The notes: generated from the letters alone by a model not told the origin. DNA of 64,000 nucleotides from Octopus vulgaris (GCA_951406725.2 OX597824.1:31620001-31684000), one strand, 5' to 3'. Shown: positions 37,154-52,623, counted from the stretch's first letter. Translations and numbers: made by a program.

Positions 37154-39273
37154 ATATAATATAATATAATATAATAGTACCCACTCTCCGTCTACCAAAT
37201 TCATTCACAATGCTTTGGTTGGCCCGAGGCTATTGTAGAAGACGCTTGGCCTAAGGTGCCACGCAGAAAGACTGAACCCAGAACCATGTATTTGGGAAGC
37301 AAGCTTCTTACCACAACTGCGCCTAATTCATTATAATAATGTACCAGTTTAATTAAAAAATATAAATAAATATGGAAGTATATATAAATATAAAGACCGG
37401 CTTTTTATTGATTTAATATATTTGTAACGTCAACCACAATATGTATACTTTTGCACAGAAAAATAAAACAAGAAATATTTAAACGGTTGTCTTCTTTCAT
37501 TCATTCTAATTTTCTCTCTCTACAAACCACTGACCCAATAACTAGAAACTATTTTACTTTCATTTTTGTCTAAATAGTTTATATACATTGTTTAAACTTT
37601 AATCAAATGTTACGCTGTTCAAACATTGAAATATTTGTCCTACAGAAGGCACACTACATCGATGCTGAATAAATAAAGTCATCACAAAATTAGTTTATTT
37701 CAGTGATAAACGAAGTGGACCAAAAAATCAACATGGTCTTTTAGCTTCTCTTGTTATATACCAACTTGAACATATTTCGTAACTACTATTTTTTTCTAAC
37801 CCAGATCAATAAGTTATGACTAATAACTACGATCGATAACAATTGTGATTTTCACTGGCCACCTCAGTACCGTAAGCTATAGTATAAAATAAAAAAGCAT
37901 CTCGCATACACACACACACGTATATACATGTGTGTGTGTTGCCTCATAACTTTCGAAACAATTGATATTTTTCTATGAAATTTTCTACAGAAACGCCCCA
38001 GATGGTGTAGATCCTCATTATATCGGAATATGTGGTGTTAAAAGTTTTTCCGAAGGTGGAGAGAGGAGTTTCGGAAAATTCTCACGAAACGGCTTTTTTT
38101 ACTCGTAACTTTCAGAAAAAGTTACATGGCTCGCATCCGCTTTCGTTGTTTTTTTCTTTTTCTTTATTTTTTTTTTATTATTATTCAACAGGAACCCACT
38201 ATTTCGACTGCGGAGATTCCGAATTTGCAAAAAAAATAATCGGCATTTCAAAATTTAAACTTTGAAACAGGAGAGAAAACACTTTCAGTTTAATAATTGG
38301 CGAATGCCTAATTATTATACTTTGTCACAGAATCGCGGGCGTGGGGAGGGTTTTTTTTTAAATCAAAGTTTTTACCTCCCCACCCCTCAGAATCATATTC
38401 TCCGTACTTTTAGGCATTCCTTCGATATAACTCGACAAAAATCAAAACATTTCACTTCGGGTATTTCCGTGGGTTTGTGGAGTATAGATATAACGAAATT
38501 ATGCCAGCAAATGCCTCATTTTAAACTTTAAAGAAAAAAAGCCTTGCATATTTGTTCTTACATGTTTCATGTATGTGTGTAAAATCCGCAAATTTCTAAG
38601 CAGAAAACAGAATCGAACTGTCATTTGCTTCTACGGAAATACCCAAAGTGAAATGTTTTGTTTTTGTCGAGTTATATAGAAAGAATGCCTATTTTTATAT
38701 GTATTTCGCCAAAAAAAAGAGAAAAATGAAGAAATTGAGAGTTTGGGGTTAAATTTTGAAATGCCATTTTTGTGGGGTGGGTGGTGCAGATTCAGAATCT
38801 CCGCAGTCGAAATAGTGGGTTTCCTCAGAAAAAAAAATGGAAAAAAAAGAAAGGGGTGTGGTCCATGTATTTTACATCCGCGATAAAACACTAAGTAGTT
38901 ACTTCATAACTTTCAGAAAAAGCGATACTTTTCAATGAAGTTTTCAAATTACGGTCGCATCGGAATTTGATGAGAAGATGGTTCTTAGTTTCAAGTTTTT
39001 TTTTTTTTAATCTTCGTTTTAAAATATAGACAGTCCGATTCTGTCATTTGTTTCTCTTTATAATTTCCAAATAATTTTTTAAATACTTCGAAATCAAAAT
39101 TGAAAAGTTTTAAACAATCGCGCATGCGCATGGCGTACAGTTATTGTTCAGTTTGGTTTGATTAAAAAAGTAAATAAAAGTTAAGGGGGCAATAAAAGAA
39201 GCATTCTTTACTTTACAATCGATCGGAATGGCACGTGGGACACCAGCAGCACCGCGATTCATTGTTCCTGAAC

Positions 39274-39618
39274 GGGCGGCGAGCTGGCAGAATCGTTAGC
39301 ACGCCGGGTATTTCGTCTGCTGCTACGTTCTGAGTTCAAGTTCCGCCGAGGTCGACTTTGCCTTTCATTCTTTCGGGGTCGATTAAATAAGTACCAGTTA
39401 CGCACTGGGGTCAATATAATCGACTTAATCCGTTTGTCTCTCCTTGTTTGTCCTCTCTGTGTTTAGGTATTTCGTCTGCCGCTTTGTTCTGAGTTCAAGT
39501 TCCGCCGAGGTCGATTTTGCTTTTCATCCTTTCGGGGTCGATAAATTAAGTACTAGTTATGCACTGGGGTCCTTGTTTGTCCCTCTATGTTTAGCCCCCT
39601 GTGGGCAAAAAGAAATAC
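39274..39618 (+). mobile_element. SINE with 17-bp TSD ATTCATTGTTCCTGAAC; only its 5' end survives in copy A (11027-11112)
   Basis: ggcggcgagctggcagaatcgttagc head, B-box, TSD at 39257-39273 and 39619-39635. Confidence 0.88.
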
Positions 39619-40759
39619 ATTCATTGTTCCTGAACATAAAATCTTAAGTCGTGAATCAATCGTATAGGAATAGTGGACTATCATTCAATTAAGAAAAGCT
39701 GGAGACAGCATTCTTCATTGGTTGGAACGGCGTCGACTAATTATGAATATGTAAACCTGTGCAAATTGTAATTTACCATGTGGACTTACTACATATGGTG
39801 ACGTTACTGATGGGAAATTATGGCACTGCAAGGGTTGTAAAAGGAGCAAATTTGTTCGTTACCTTTCATTTTTTGAGAGAAGTCCTATTTCTTTGCTCAG
39901 TATCATTTTAGTTGTTTGGTAAATTTCGACCCTTCACTGGCACGATTTTCACTAAGAAAAAATAAAAGGAAAAAGCTCGGTTTTTTTGCGTGGAATCAAG
40001 TACCCTGACCTCCTAATAAGCTGCAAACCCCATATTTTTGTCCTTCCCCATCCCGGAATCATTTGAATTCCTTTTTTTTAAAAATTTTCCTTTGAATGAA
40101 TTTCAAAACCCTTGGAAATTTCACCCCCTTTCCTTGGGAAGTACACCTACAAGATTTTCACTAAAAAAATTTAAAGTAAAGAATGCTACTTTTACTACTT
40201 ATCTCCCTCTTAACTTATTTGCTTTTTTTAATCAAACCAAACTGAACAATAAACCGTAGGCCATGCGCATACTCTTTTACTTGTTTCAGTCATTTGACTG
40301 TGGCCAGGATGGAGCACCGCCTTTAGTCGAGCAAATCAACTCCAGGACTTATTCTTTGTAAGCCTAGTATTTATTCTATCGGTCTGTTTTGCCGAATCGC
40401 TAAGTTACGGGGACGTAAACACACCAGCATCAGTTGTCAAGCGATGTTGGGAGTACAAACATATACACATACATACATACATACATATATATACAAGGCC
40501 CAAAAACGTTTTCACAACAATTCTGATATAATTGGAATCTACACAAAATAAGGCGCTTTCATAGAAAATTTCGTCAAATATAATCTATTTTCCTGAAAGT
40601 TATGAGGAAAGAATGTGGGTGGGGGCACATGTGTAGGTGTGCCTGTGTGTGTGTAAATAATTAAAACATCCATTTGATATATGTATATAATTTATTTTAT
40701 AGTGGTTTTGGTCGATGGATTGCGGCCATGCTGGAGCACCGCTTCATATTTTTAATGTA

Positions 40760-40790
<31 letters not shown>

Positions 40791-43700
40791 GCGTGAATGT
40801 ATGTGCATATATCTTGCATTGGTTTTTTGGTCGATGGACTTTGGACAAGCTGGAGCACCATCTAATTTTACTTATTATATATTTATATGAAACAAATCGA
40901 TATAGGTCTCTTTTTGCTGAACCATAATCGAACACAAGAACACACATGCATAGGTGTGTGTGTGTACGATGAGCTTCTAGAAATTTGGAAACAGCGTGCT
41001 GTACTGCTTGGCATTCGCACTGGAAGCTCCAATATGTATGAACTGTTTGGGTGTCAATTGGAGGGACTGTGATTTAAAGGCACATAGTCGAATATAGCTG
41101 GTTTCAAATGCAACTGCTTTATCTCTATGTCGGTCGTATATAAACCAATTTTGCTGTATAATTAATTAACTGTAAAATATATATATATATCAGAAATACA
41201 AGTCTCTGTATTCATTATAATTGTTTTGAATTTACTCTCAAAAATATTCATAATCTTGTGAAACGAACTCAGGGCTAACCCCTCGGATGAATTACAATAG
41301 GATTGCTCACCCGAAGTAATACTAGATGCAACTTACTATTCGATACAGATAGCCTGAATCTGATTACACCTACAGTATCTGCCTGGATAATTTATACCTG
41401 TCTATACATTGTATGTATATATGTACATGATGATGAAAATTATTGGCTTGGTGAAGAATGCCATCTACACAAAGCTAGCATTTTATCCTAGCAATCAACC
41501 CTATCAGATAGACACAAAGTATATAGTCACGTTATTGATAAATGTTTCATAAACATTATAACAAATGTAAGCATGTTTGACTCTTCAAAACCATTCTTAG
41601 ATCAACAACAGCTTTCCATTCTGTATACAGACATTTCCCATGTAGTTGATACACGTAAATGAATTTTTAAGATAATAAATGTGATTTTAACATATCATTG
41701 AGTATTAATATTGCTTTCAAATTTTGGCATAAGGCCAGGAGGAGTATCGACTACATCAACCTTAGTGTTCAACTGGTATTCAGTTTATCGACCAGGAAAA
41801 AGGAAAAACTAAGTCAACCTCGGTAGAATTTGAACTTAGAATGTAAGAGTTATAGTCCTTGGACCACAACCAAGACTGCATACATACATTTTCATGAGTA
41901 TTAAGTCTTTCCTAAATTCCACCGCCAAAGTCAACTTTATCTTTCATCCTTTCGGGGTCAGTAAAATAAATACCTATTGAGTACTGGGGTTGATGTCATC
42001 GACTTAGCACTTCCTGCAATTTTCGGGCCTTGTCCCTATGAGAAAGGATTATTATTATTATTGAGAGAGCTGCACATGCCATCAAAGTGACACTGGGGTA
42101 CAAATATATGAAACCCAATATACCCATCATGACTACCCATCTCCTAAGGCTACACCAGACACATGCTTCACAACCATAAGTGCGTCATAGCGATCTCATA
42201 TCAAGATAACCAGCACATGACCTTGCAGGTGGAGCCCATCCCACTCAAAAGGTCCTTGGATAAGGGTTGTTTAAAGATGTTGAAAAACACCCATGTTTCC
42301 AGAGGAGAATTATTCAAGCCCCAAAGAATTCCTCTCAATACATGCTATGATGCTCCCCCACTACTTCTACTCGTGATCAGAACTGCATGTATCATCAGCC
42401 ACTATGGGACATGCTCAACTGATTAAGGTCAAACAACTGACAGGCAAATTATTATTATTATTTGATGTGTTAAATTTTTTACAGCGCTAAGCTGACAGAA
42501 TTGCTAGCACACCAGACGCTTAGTGGCATGTCATCTGTCTTTATGTTCTAAGTCTAAATTCCACCTGGTCAACTTCGTCTTTCATCCTTTCAGGGTCAAT
42601 AAAATAAGTACCGGTCAAGCACTGGAGTCAACCTACTCAACTCCTGGTCCTGTGCCAAAATTTTAAATCATTATTATTTGAAAGTGGCCAGCTGGCAGAA
42701 TCATAAGCACGCTGGGCAAAATGCATAGCAGCATTTTGTCCATTTTTGTTCTGAGGTCAACTTCTGTCAAGGTCAACTTTGCCTTTCATCCTGTAAGTCA
42801 CAATAAGATAAGTACCAGTTGAACACTGGAGTCAATGTAATCAACTTAAACCCCACCACCGAAATTGCTGGCCTTGTTCCAAAATTGGAAACCATTAATG
42901 TTATATTCATAAACGTGAGTGTGAGTCCCATTTGCAGTTTTCAATATTTTTCTATCCAAAGGTTTCTTATCTCAGTATTCCCCATACTATCATTTATAGT
43001 TTTATCAACTTCACGTTCTACCATTAAAACGATATATAATGTGTGTGTGTAATCATCATCATTTAACGCCTGTTTTCTATGCTGGCATGGGTTAGCCAGT
43101 TGACAGAACTGGAGAGCCAGCAGCTGCACCAGGCTCCACTCTGATCTGGCAATGTTTCTACAGCTGGATGCCCTGCCTAACACAAATCACTTTGAGAGTG
43201 TAGTAGGTGCTTTTTACATGCCACCGGCACAGGAACCAGTCAGGTGGGCTTGGCATCAATCATGTTCAGATAGTGCTTTTTACATGCCACAGGTATGGGA
43301 GTCAGTCAGGCAGATTTGGCATCAATCATGTTCTGATATTGCTTTTTATGTGCTGCTAGCACAAGAGCCAGTCAGGGGCCACTGGCATCAGCCACATTCA
43401 GGTGGTGTGCCAGTGGACCTGGCATCAACCACATTCAGATGGTGCCTTTTACATGCCACCGGCACAGGAGCCACTCAGAGGGCACTGGCAACGACCACAT
43501 TCAGATGGTGCATTTTACATGCCACTGGAATGGGAGCCAGTCAGGGGGCACTGGCTACAGCTACAATTGTGGTTTTACTTGACTCAACAGGTCTTCTCAA
43601 GCATATCATATTGCCTGATACATCAAGGGTACTCTTAAATGGGCCAGACATGTAACACTGGCATCGGCCATGACTGAAATCTCACTTTAGTTGCCAGGTC

Positions 43701-44139
43701 TTCTCAATCACAGCATATCTCCAAAGGTCTTGGTCTCCTGTCATTGCCTCTGTGAGGCCCAACGTTTGAAGGTCATGCTTCACCACCTCATCCCATGTCT
43801 CCTTGGGTCTACCTCTTCCACAGTTAGGGTGTGGCACTTCCTCACACAGTTGTCCTCATCCATACGTAACATATGATCATGCCAGCGCAGTCGTCTCTCA
43901 TGCACACCACATTTGATGCTTCTTATGTCCAACTTTTCTCTCAGGGTGCTCATGCTTTGTTGTGCATGCACACTGACATTACACATCCAGTGGATCATAC
44001 TAGCTTCATTTTTTTCAAGCCTACGCATGTCCAGCACCCAACACAGCATAGCATGTGAGCTTGCTAGTTTTCTTTTACTAACTAATTTGAAATTTTTTTT
44101 TTCTTTTATTTTTAGATAAGCTTCACATAACCATCAAAA

Positions 44140-44316
44140 ATGATTGCTGGTTTCCAGTACATGGCTATGACCATAACGGGAGCGTTTCATTTGGGTATTG
44201 GAATTTTGTGTTTCATTATTTCAATGGTGGGATTTTCAACAAAAATATCAGAGTACCGATCCTTTGGACATTTGTCTAATGCTATCTCTGCTGCAGCATG
44301 TATTGTAAGTCTATGG
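44140..44316 (+). CDS. Copy B coding exon 1
   Basis: Paralogous to 13606-13782; same splice signals; 7 nonsynonymous differences. Confidence 0.85.
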
Positions 44317-46892
44317 GTAAGTACTGATTTTTACATTTCTCTATCCTAATAAGGATGGTTACATAACTAATATCGGTTTTTATGACAACTATCAAAAATA
44401 TATGGAAATACACCTAAATTTTTCAAATCTTTTCGGTTTGAACGGCAGTTTTTTCTAGCAGTGTCATATGAAATTGTCACCCATAATTATGACCCTAGTA
44501 TCGATCTATTGCATTTCAATCTGTTTTAGGGTTAGGGGTGGGGTGGGGGGAAGGGTATCTTTTTTTCTTCACAAATGTAAATAAACCCAATCTGTTTCTT
44601 AAACGAGGGACATATTCATACGGCACAGAATGTTTTTTACCTCAATGGACGTCAGTGATTGGTTGAAATTGCAGAAATTGAAGAGAAAAAAAACAACAAA
44701 TATCTTACAAACTATAGAATTTTCTCAATAAAGCCAAGAGAAAAATATGTTTTATAAACACATTCTACCAGTATACAAAGTTTAAAATTTTTTAGTTACC
44801 TAGAAATTATGTTAGAAACTGCCGTTCAAACCGAAAAGATCCAATTTTTCAGTTAATACTCATAAACAGCACTAGTGCCAGGGCCACATAAAAAGCACCC
44901 CAGTACACTTTGCAAAGTGATTGGCACTGGGAAGGGCATCCAACTATAGACACCATGCCAAAATAGACAATAGAACCTGGGGCAGCTCTTATCAAATCGT
45001 CCAACTCCTGCCAACATAGAAAATGATGCTTCTGTTTTTGTTATCTCATGCTTAACTATTGTTTTGTGAAATGTTTGCTTATAGCAATGAATATTGGAAC
45101 TTTGCATAGAATAGTGTTAGGAAATTCTCTCAACCTTAAACTGCAAATAAGGTATTTTATAGCAGATATGAAGCACTTTAAAATGTAATGCTTTACTACA
45201 ACAAAGAGTAAATAAATGCCCATAGATGATAATGTTCTCAACTGTGTATGTTTTATTTAATATTTTTTCTCAGTATCTCATATTCTATCATTATACACAA
45301 TTATAATCATCATTGTCATTTTAACATCCCTTTTTAGTGTTTGATGGTTCAACATAAACTGGTGAATGAGGGGACTTTGTTGAGCCCCAATGTCTTCTTT
45401 GGCATGATTTCTATGGTTGGATGCTCTTCCTAATGTCAACTACTTCACAGAGTGTACAGGGTGCTTTTTTCATGGCATCAAGTACCCCCAAAGCAAGGCT
45501 CCCTTAACTGAGTGGAGTAGAGTACTGAGGAATATAAAATTCATCATCATCGTCGTTTAACGTCCACTTTCCATGCTAGCATGGGTTGGACGATTTGACT
45601 GAGGACTAGCGAACCAGATGGCTGCACCAGGCTCCAATCTTGATTTGGCAGAGTGTCTACAGTTGGATGCCCTTCCTAATGCCAACCACTTTTAGAGTGT
45701 AGTGGGTGCTTATACGTGCCACTAGCATGAGGGCCAGTCAGGCGGTAGGGCAACGGTCACGGGAAATTGTGTCACCTGCACAAGTGCCGCTAAGGCAACG
45801 CTGGTAACGATCACGCTCAAATGGGGATTTTTATGTGCCACCGGCACGAACGCCAGTTAGCTCCTCTGGCAACAATCATGCTCAGATGGTGCTTTTAGAG
45901 CTCCATTAGCACAGATGCTAGTCAGCGAATTTGATTTCGATTCCGATTTCACTTGCCTCAACAGGTCTTCGCAAGCAGTGTCTGTCCAATGAAGGGAAGG
46001 TACGCATAGGTGGGCTGGTTGCACCATTGGCTCTGGGATAATTCCCTTCTTCATCAGCTTCTTTCCCAGATCTTTGATTTTTTCCTCTTTAAACTGGCTT
46101 TGGTTGCTTATTTCCTTGTGTAATATCTGCTTGAATGTTTGCTTGTGAACATCCTAATTACTACATCATCCCTCTCAGGGACAGATTTATACACCCTAAC
46201 AATGATTGAAACACACTTCCAATTTCTCAGTAATTAAGTTATGTGGGTTTAGAAAAAGAATCAAGTCAGTTATAGGAGGATAACGTGTTTGTTCACTGCT
46301 TGATTTAAAGGATTTTTTTACAAATTTTATCGGCAATAGTGTTTATTGTTTCTGTGCAACTGACACAAAGTCTACTATTATGTGTGCATAGTTTATGATA
46401 TGTACACAATTAAATGACCATTTTACTGGAGGAATTAGCATCCTGTCTGTCTGCTTACTAGAATTTTGGTTTCTGCTAAATTGATGTTGAAGCCCTTTAA
46501 ATCCAGGTTTTGCTTCTACACCTGGAATTTCTTTTCTAATTCTACTACAGATTCAGTTTAAATAACAAGATTAGCAGCAGAGAGGAGTTCCGTGGACAAC
46601 CAGCCTTAAACTCCTCTGTTATAGCCTAAAAGATAAATAGGAGGAGACTGAGAATCAAACCCTGGTGAGCTCCTAGCTGCACACTAAATTTGTTGCTGTA
46701 CTTATTAGCTTTCACTGTGTGGACAACACCCTCGCTTCTTCAGCAACCATCACATCAGAAAGCAAGAGACTTATTTGCTTTCTCTATGTCAATAAATGCC
46801 AAGTGCAGCAGATTACATTTGGCTAAATACTTCTGCAGTTGCCTTACTAGGAAGAAAGCACCAGCTGCACTTCTCACTCAGCTAACTCATTA

Positions 46893-46941
<49 letters not shown>

Positions 46942-49900
46942 TATACATACATACATTAATTAATTAATTAATTATCTGACTATCTTATCTTAAAATTTTA
47001 CATTTAATTGTACATTTTTTGTTTTGTTTAGGTTATCGCAGTTGGCATCTTTGGAATTCTTGCTGGTCACAAGTCAAATACAGAATTACAAACCAGGAGA
47101 ATGGTAAAAATTTCTCTGACTATTAATCTTTTCTGTTCAAATTTTCAGTCTGTTTAATGTTTACAATTAAAAAGCATCTAGTTATTACTTATCAGAAATA
47201 GTAACACTATAGAAAATGCTATATTTATCCAGTTTTCCAGTGGTAGACCATGCTCTTGGCAGAATTAACAAATACTAGTGTATTACTTACAAATGTTGGA
47301 GTGCATTTGGCTAGAGTATTTTACAGCTGGATGCCCTTCCTGTCACCAACTCCACTTGCTTCCGAGCAAAGGAATTATTTTTCAGTCTGTCAAGTAATAA
47401 ACAGCACAGCTTGCTCAATATATCAAGACATGTCAAAAACCCCAATATGTTCTCCTGGTGGTCTGCAAGCAAACAGCACCATCAGGATGTTATTGTTTAC
47501 TAATGTGAGGGAAATACGAATTCACAGAAACACATGCACATGTGTGAGTATATATACATATATATTCTCCCATAGCTTTCAGTGTCAACATCCCATTCAA
47601 TTTATTCAGCTTGGATGTGATATTTTGGTCCTACAAAAGATTTGCAAACCAGTTCACAGATCAGGCATGCATGTGTGGATTATAGGACAATGTTGCTGCT
47701 CTTCTTGGTAATGTTTTTGTGCTACCAAGAATCAAAGTCATGATCTTAGTCATGTGTTGAGTACGCTAACCACTTAGCCATGCTCCTTCACATCAGCTGC
47801 TACCCATCACAATTATGCTGTCATTACAACCACTTCTGAGCTGTGAATGTAAAGCAACAGCTACCGCTGCTCATTATCATTAAAACAGCCTGTTTTAATC
47901 AAACCACCACCAAGCTGTATATTTTTGCTATAGTTGTGTCATTATACCACTTTTAAATTGTCGTTCCAAGCATAACAGAGCTGTGTCATAACAAACTCTG
48001 AGTGCTCATTACAAACACTATTGAGGTAGTTGTACGCAATGTTACGTGTGGCACTCTTTACTCTTTTACTTGTTTCAGTCATTTGATTGAGGCCATGCTG
48101 GAGCACCGCCTTTAATCGAGCAACTCGACCCCGGGACTTATTCTTTTGTAAGCCCAGTGCTTATTCTATCGGTCTCTTTTGCCGAACCGCTAAGTTACGG
48201 GGACATAAACACACCAGCATCTGTTGTCAAGCAATGCTAGGGGGACAAACACAGACACAAACACACACAAGCACATATATATATACATATATACGACGGG
48301 CTTCTTTCAGTTTCCATCTACCAAATCCACTCACAAGGCTTTGGTTGGCCCAAGGCTATAGTAGAAGACACTTGTCCAAGGTGCCATGCAGTGGGACTGA
48401 ACCCGGAACCATGTGGTTGGTAAACAAGCTACTTACCACACAGCCACTCCTGCGCCACAGGTGCTTCAAAAGTAAAAGTGTGTCCCTGGAAGACCTGCCA
48501 TGAGCATCACCCATGGAAATATGGTAATGTGCATCAAGAATTTGTCCTCCAGGGCCAGACTGTCAATTGAGAGTTCTACTGTGATATTTTTAAGCGTTTG
48601 AGGGAGGACATTTGACAAAAGCAACCAGACCTGTGGAGCGCAAAGAATTGGATTCTTCATGACAACAATGTGCCCTGTCATCAAACTCTTCTCACTTTTG
48701 AGTTTATTGCCAAAAACATGGTATTGCTTCCACACGCTCTTTTCACCAGATTTAGCACCTGCAAACTTCCATCTCTTCCCCCAAGATGAAAACGCTGCTC
48801 AAAGGTTGCTGTTTTAACACCATTGTTGAGATCCAGTGCAGATCACAGAAGGGCCTCAACCCACACACAAAAAATGACTTCCAGGTCAGATTCCCAAAAG
48901 TGGCAGAAATGCTGGGACCAGTATATTGCTGTACAAGGTGGCTATTTCAAAAGAGATGATGTTAAAATGTATGAGTGGCTGAGTGGTAAGTAGCTTGCTT
49001 ACGAACCACATGGTTCCAGGCTCAGTCCCACTGCATGGCACCTTGGGCAAGTGTCTTCTACTATAGCCTCAGGCCAACCAAGGCCTTGTGAGTGAATTTG
49101 ATAGACAGAAGCTGAAGGAGGCCCGTCGTATATATGCATATATATATATATGTAAGTGTTGGTGTGTGTATGCTTGTGTTTGTCCCCTCAACATCACTTG
49201 ACAACCAATGCTGGTGTGTTCACATTCCCGTAACTTAGCTGTTCGGCAAAAGACACCAATAGAATAAGTACTAGGCTTACAAAAAATAAGTCCTGGGGTC
49301 AATTTGCTCAACTAAAGGCGGTGCTCCAGCATGGCCACAGCCAAATGACTGAAACAAGTAAAAGAGAGTAAATAAGATATTTTTTATTAAACATAACTAG
49401 CCAAGGAACCTTTTGATACCCCTCGTACTTATGATCTCTGAGGAGTGAAAGACAAAGTTAGCAAAGAATGGTATTATTTGTGACTTTCTGCCACAGATCA
49501 CATAAAATATTAGATTCTCCTCTCTCTCTGACAAAAGATAATAGATTTCCTGAGATATGAACCTAAAAGAAAAATGTCATTTGCCTAACACCATTCCTTC
49601 TATGATAAACAGTATTTTCTTTAATATACTCAGAAAAGATAATAATTTGATAGAATCCATTAGAGTGACTATGTGCTACCTTCCTGTATTTAGTTACGTC
49701 CTGGGGCTCAGTTAAAAAAAAGGATCAGTCATGGATTGGTATTATAAATAACTTTTATTTTTATAATCGGTCTATTTATCAATGAATAAATCTGCATCTC
49801 TAGTGCTAAACAGATCTGTTTTTCTCTTTTTGACTCAAACTCACACATGCACATATCCTTACCCCCATGTGTGTATGTATGTGTCTATATACCACCACAC

Positions 49901-52623
49901 ATACATAACTGTAAAACCTAAATAAAATGCTTTAAAATTTTTTTTTTTTTTTTCAGAAAATTACCTACATGGTCCTTGCCATTTTGTCAGCATCTATCTT
50001 TACAATTGTTGGAATGATAGCCCTTTCTGGCCATGCAACTTGGATTGTAAGTATATTATATGTGCGTTTGTTTTTTGTGCAGAGATTACTGATGCCTAAT
50101 GAAGTAAGGTACTTTATATGATGGGGAAAAATCAGAACAAAAGCAATTATACTTCTTAGCTGTCTAGAATAAAAGACATTGTAACTTAATTATTGTTCTT
50201 GGTTTTTGGATGAACAGGTTTTCTAATGTTATTTCACTATCATACCTTTTATCAAAACATTTTAAACTTTGTAACTATGGAGCCTTTTTCAGCTATATTA
50301 GGAAAATATCTTGTAACAGACTTTATAAAAAAGAAAACAAACCTTTTAATATTCTTTCAGATAAATAAACTGTAAAAAGAGCCAAATAATGGCATGGCTG
50401 TGTGTTAAGAAGTTTCCTTCTCAACCACTGCATTGCATGTTGGGCAAGTGTATTCTTCTATAGCCTTGGGCTGACTGCAGGCTTGTGAGTGGATTTTATT
50501 GATGGAAACTTAAAGAAGTCTATCATATGTGTGTGTGTGTGAACTTTAGGTTTGTTAAAATATGTTTGTGATATATGACTTCTAAAGGCAAATTCATTGT
50601 AGTTACCCTGGAGAAAAGAATTCTCTCCAAGAGGTGTGAAAGCACCATATCTGCCCAGTGCTTCTCCGTATCAGATTCCCAGACACACATTTCTGGCTCT
50701 TTAGCCTTCCTCAATGGAAAATACCAGAGAGAGATAACCCTGGGCAGATTCAAAACCTGTTTCTTTTAGTTAACTAAAAAAACAGTCAACATCAGTGACT
50801 GATTTGCACTAGTGGACCAAACAGTGATTAGGAAGATCTTTAGATTATGGCTCTAAACTTTAAAATGAGTTGAGCATGGCTGCAGGCCATTGACTGAAAC
50901 TAGTAAAAGAATCTTTTTAAAAATCAACTCTATTTAATATAAAGTTAGTTGACCTAGTGATTGTGCCCTCAATTCTTGAATCAGGTAGCACATTGTGTTT
51001 TTGAGCAAAACACTTCATTTTATGTTCCTCCTGTGATGAAATCGCATCCCATTCAGGGGAAATGTTTTGATCTCAGTCCCTTATATGCTTTGGAAACTAG
51101 ATAGCTGGTCCTATGAGCAGTAGACAGCAATGTGCAACAGTTGATGGTGGTGTTGTGGGATTATTCTGGACATGGCTGCAGACCAGTGACTGAAACTTGT
51201 AAAAGATTAAGTGACTGCATTTATAACTTTTAATACCAATAAAGATTATCAAAAATGCAAAGTCATTGCTTGAAAAATCTGAAAAGATAACCCTGTACTG
51301 TAAGATTATCACATATTTCTTTCACTTTTTCTCATTAAGAATTTTTTGTTTTACAGGCAATGTCTTCTCGTTATAAAAGTTATTATCCTTTATTTTGTGT
51401 TGGATCCTTTGCTATGTTTGCGGAATTTGTTTTGGCTATTGTCTCTTCATCCATTTGCTGCTGCTGCTCACAAGCAAAGGTAACTATAGTTTACTCATTT
51501 GATAAATATAATTGTGTAATAAGAGGCAAAGTTCATTCCATTTACATCCTAGATTTGGAAATATTTTGTGACTTCTGATCTATGTCCCTGCCATAGAACA
51601 GGTTACATGATGTTGAGATTCCATGTGTGACATCCAACTCTGTAGGATACAAGATTCGGGTTTAATTCTGTTTTCAGAACCATAAAGAGATAGGTGAAAA
51701 GGGAAAATAAAAAATCCAAAACTAGATGGGAAATGGGGAGTATATGATATGCTAGAGAAATAAGCTGTAAAGGTAGTGCTCAAGGTTACATATCAGGAGA
51801 TAGTAGGATTATGGTGAAAGGAAAAAATACATGAAGATGGAGAACATGATGTTGGACATCATGCAGGCTTACCATTTGACCTCCATTTTTTGCATTGCTG
51901 TTCTTATCCAACAAAGGGTAAAATTAATTAATTAAGAAGTAATCAATAATTTCACCAAGTAGATTTCAGCATGAAAAAGGACCATTTCACGGTAAACTTA
52001 AGTAATACTTTATAATTAGGGTTCAGCAAAGATATGCTTTACCACATACCGAAGTTTAGAAATAGTTTTTCTGGGAGTTCCTTTTTAAAGTAGAAGAAAT
52101 AGCTAAGGTTTTTTGGCTGCTATTTCTAAACTTTGGTATGTGGTAAAGCATATCTTTGCAGAACCCTAATTATAAAGTATATATATGTATATATAGAGAC
52201 AGGAGAAATTATGGTAAACACAAGTTTATATTATTTGCTCCACTTCACTGGAAGATGATACTCTATATGCAGCTTTTAATTCAACAATCGCAATAGTACA
52301 TCTAACTACACACAAGATTTACTATGTATGAATTGCCATTGAAAAATAGATGCAAATCAAGGTATTCTTTAATTTTTTTTAGAATGATTTTAGAGTTGTT
52401 TATTTTTGCTGCCTTTATATGATCCAACATTTTTTTGTTTCTAAAGAAATTCAGTATTTCTTTAATAATTTTTTTTTCTTTGCTTCTACAGAGTAATGTA
52501 GTTGTTATCCATCAGAACCAGGCTACTGAATTCGTGAATCCGTCAATTAATACACACTACTCACCAATTATTCATTATTCTCCAAATGTTGCTGACCCAT
52601 ATATGCCTCAAGAATTCAATTAA
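44140..52623 (+). CDS. Four-transmembrane MS4A/CD20-like membrane protein, copy B (197 aa; join 44140-44316,47032-47103,49957-50046,51357-51479,52492-52623)
   Basis: Same exon structure and intact splice sites as copy A, with the frame open throughout. GAA>TAA at 52621 ends the protein 3 codons earlier. Confidence 0.85.
44425..44842. mobile_element. Same MITE insertion in copy B
   Basis: Same TIRs and AATTTTTC TSD at the paralogous position. Confidence 0.85.
47032..47103 (+). CDS. Copy B coding exon 2
   Basis: Paralogous to 16458-16529; L72H. Confidence 0.82.
49957..50046 (+). CDS. Copy B coding exon 3
   Basis: Paralogous to 19396-19485; S99T, G101V, S104I and one synonymous change. Confidence 0.85.
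51357..51479 (+). CDS. Copy B coding exon 4
   Basis: Paralogous to 20829-20951; D120K. Confidence 0.85.
52492..52623 (+). CDS. Copy B coding exon 5
   Basis: Paralogous to 21935-22075; T181I, stop at codon 198. Confidence 0.8.
   Translation, partial: SNVVVIHQNQATEFVNPSINTHYSPIIHYSPNVADPYMPQEFN

Noticed and set aside
52621-52623. Premature stop suggesting copy B is a pseudogene
   Set aside because: It removes only 3 terminal residues in the last exon; splice sites and frame are intact.
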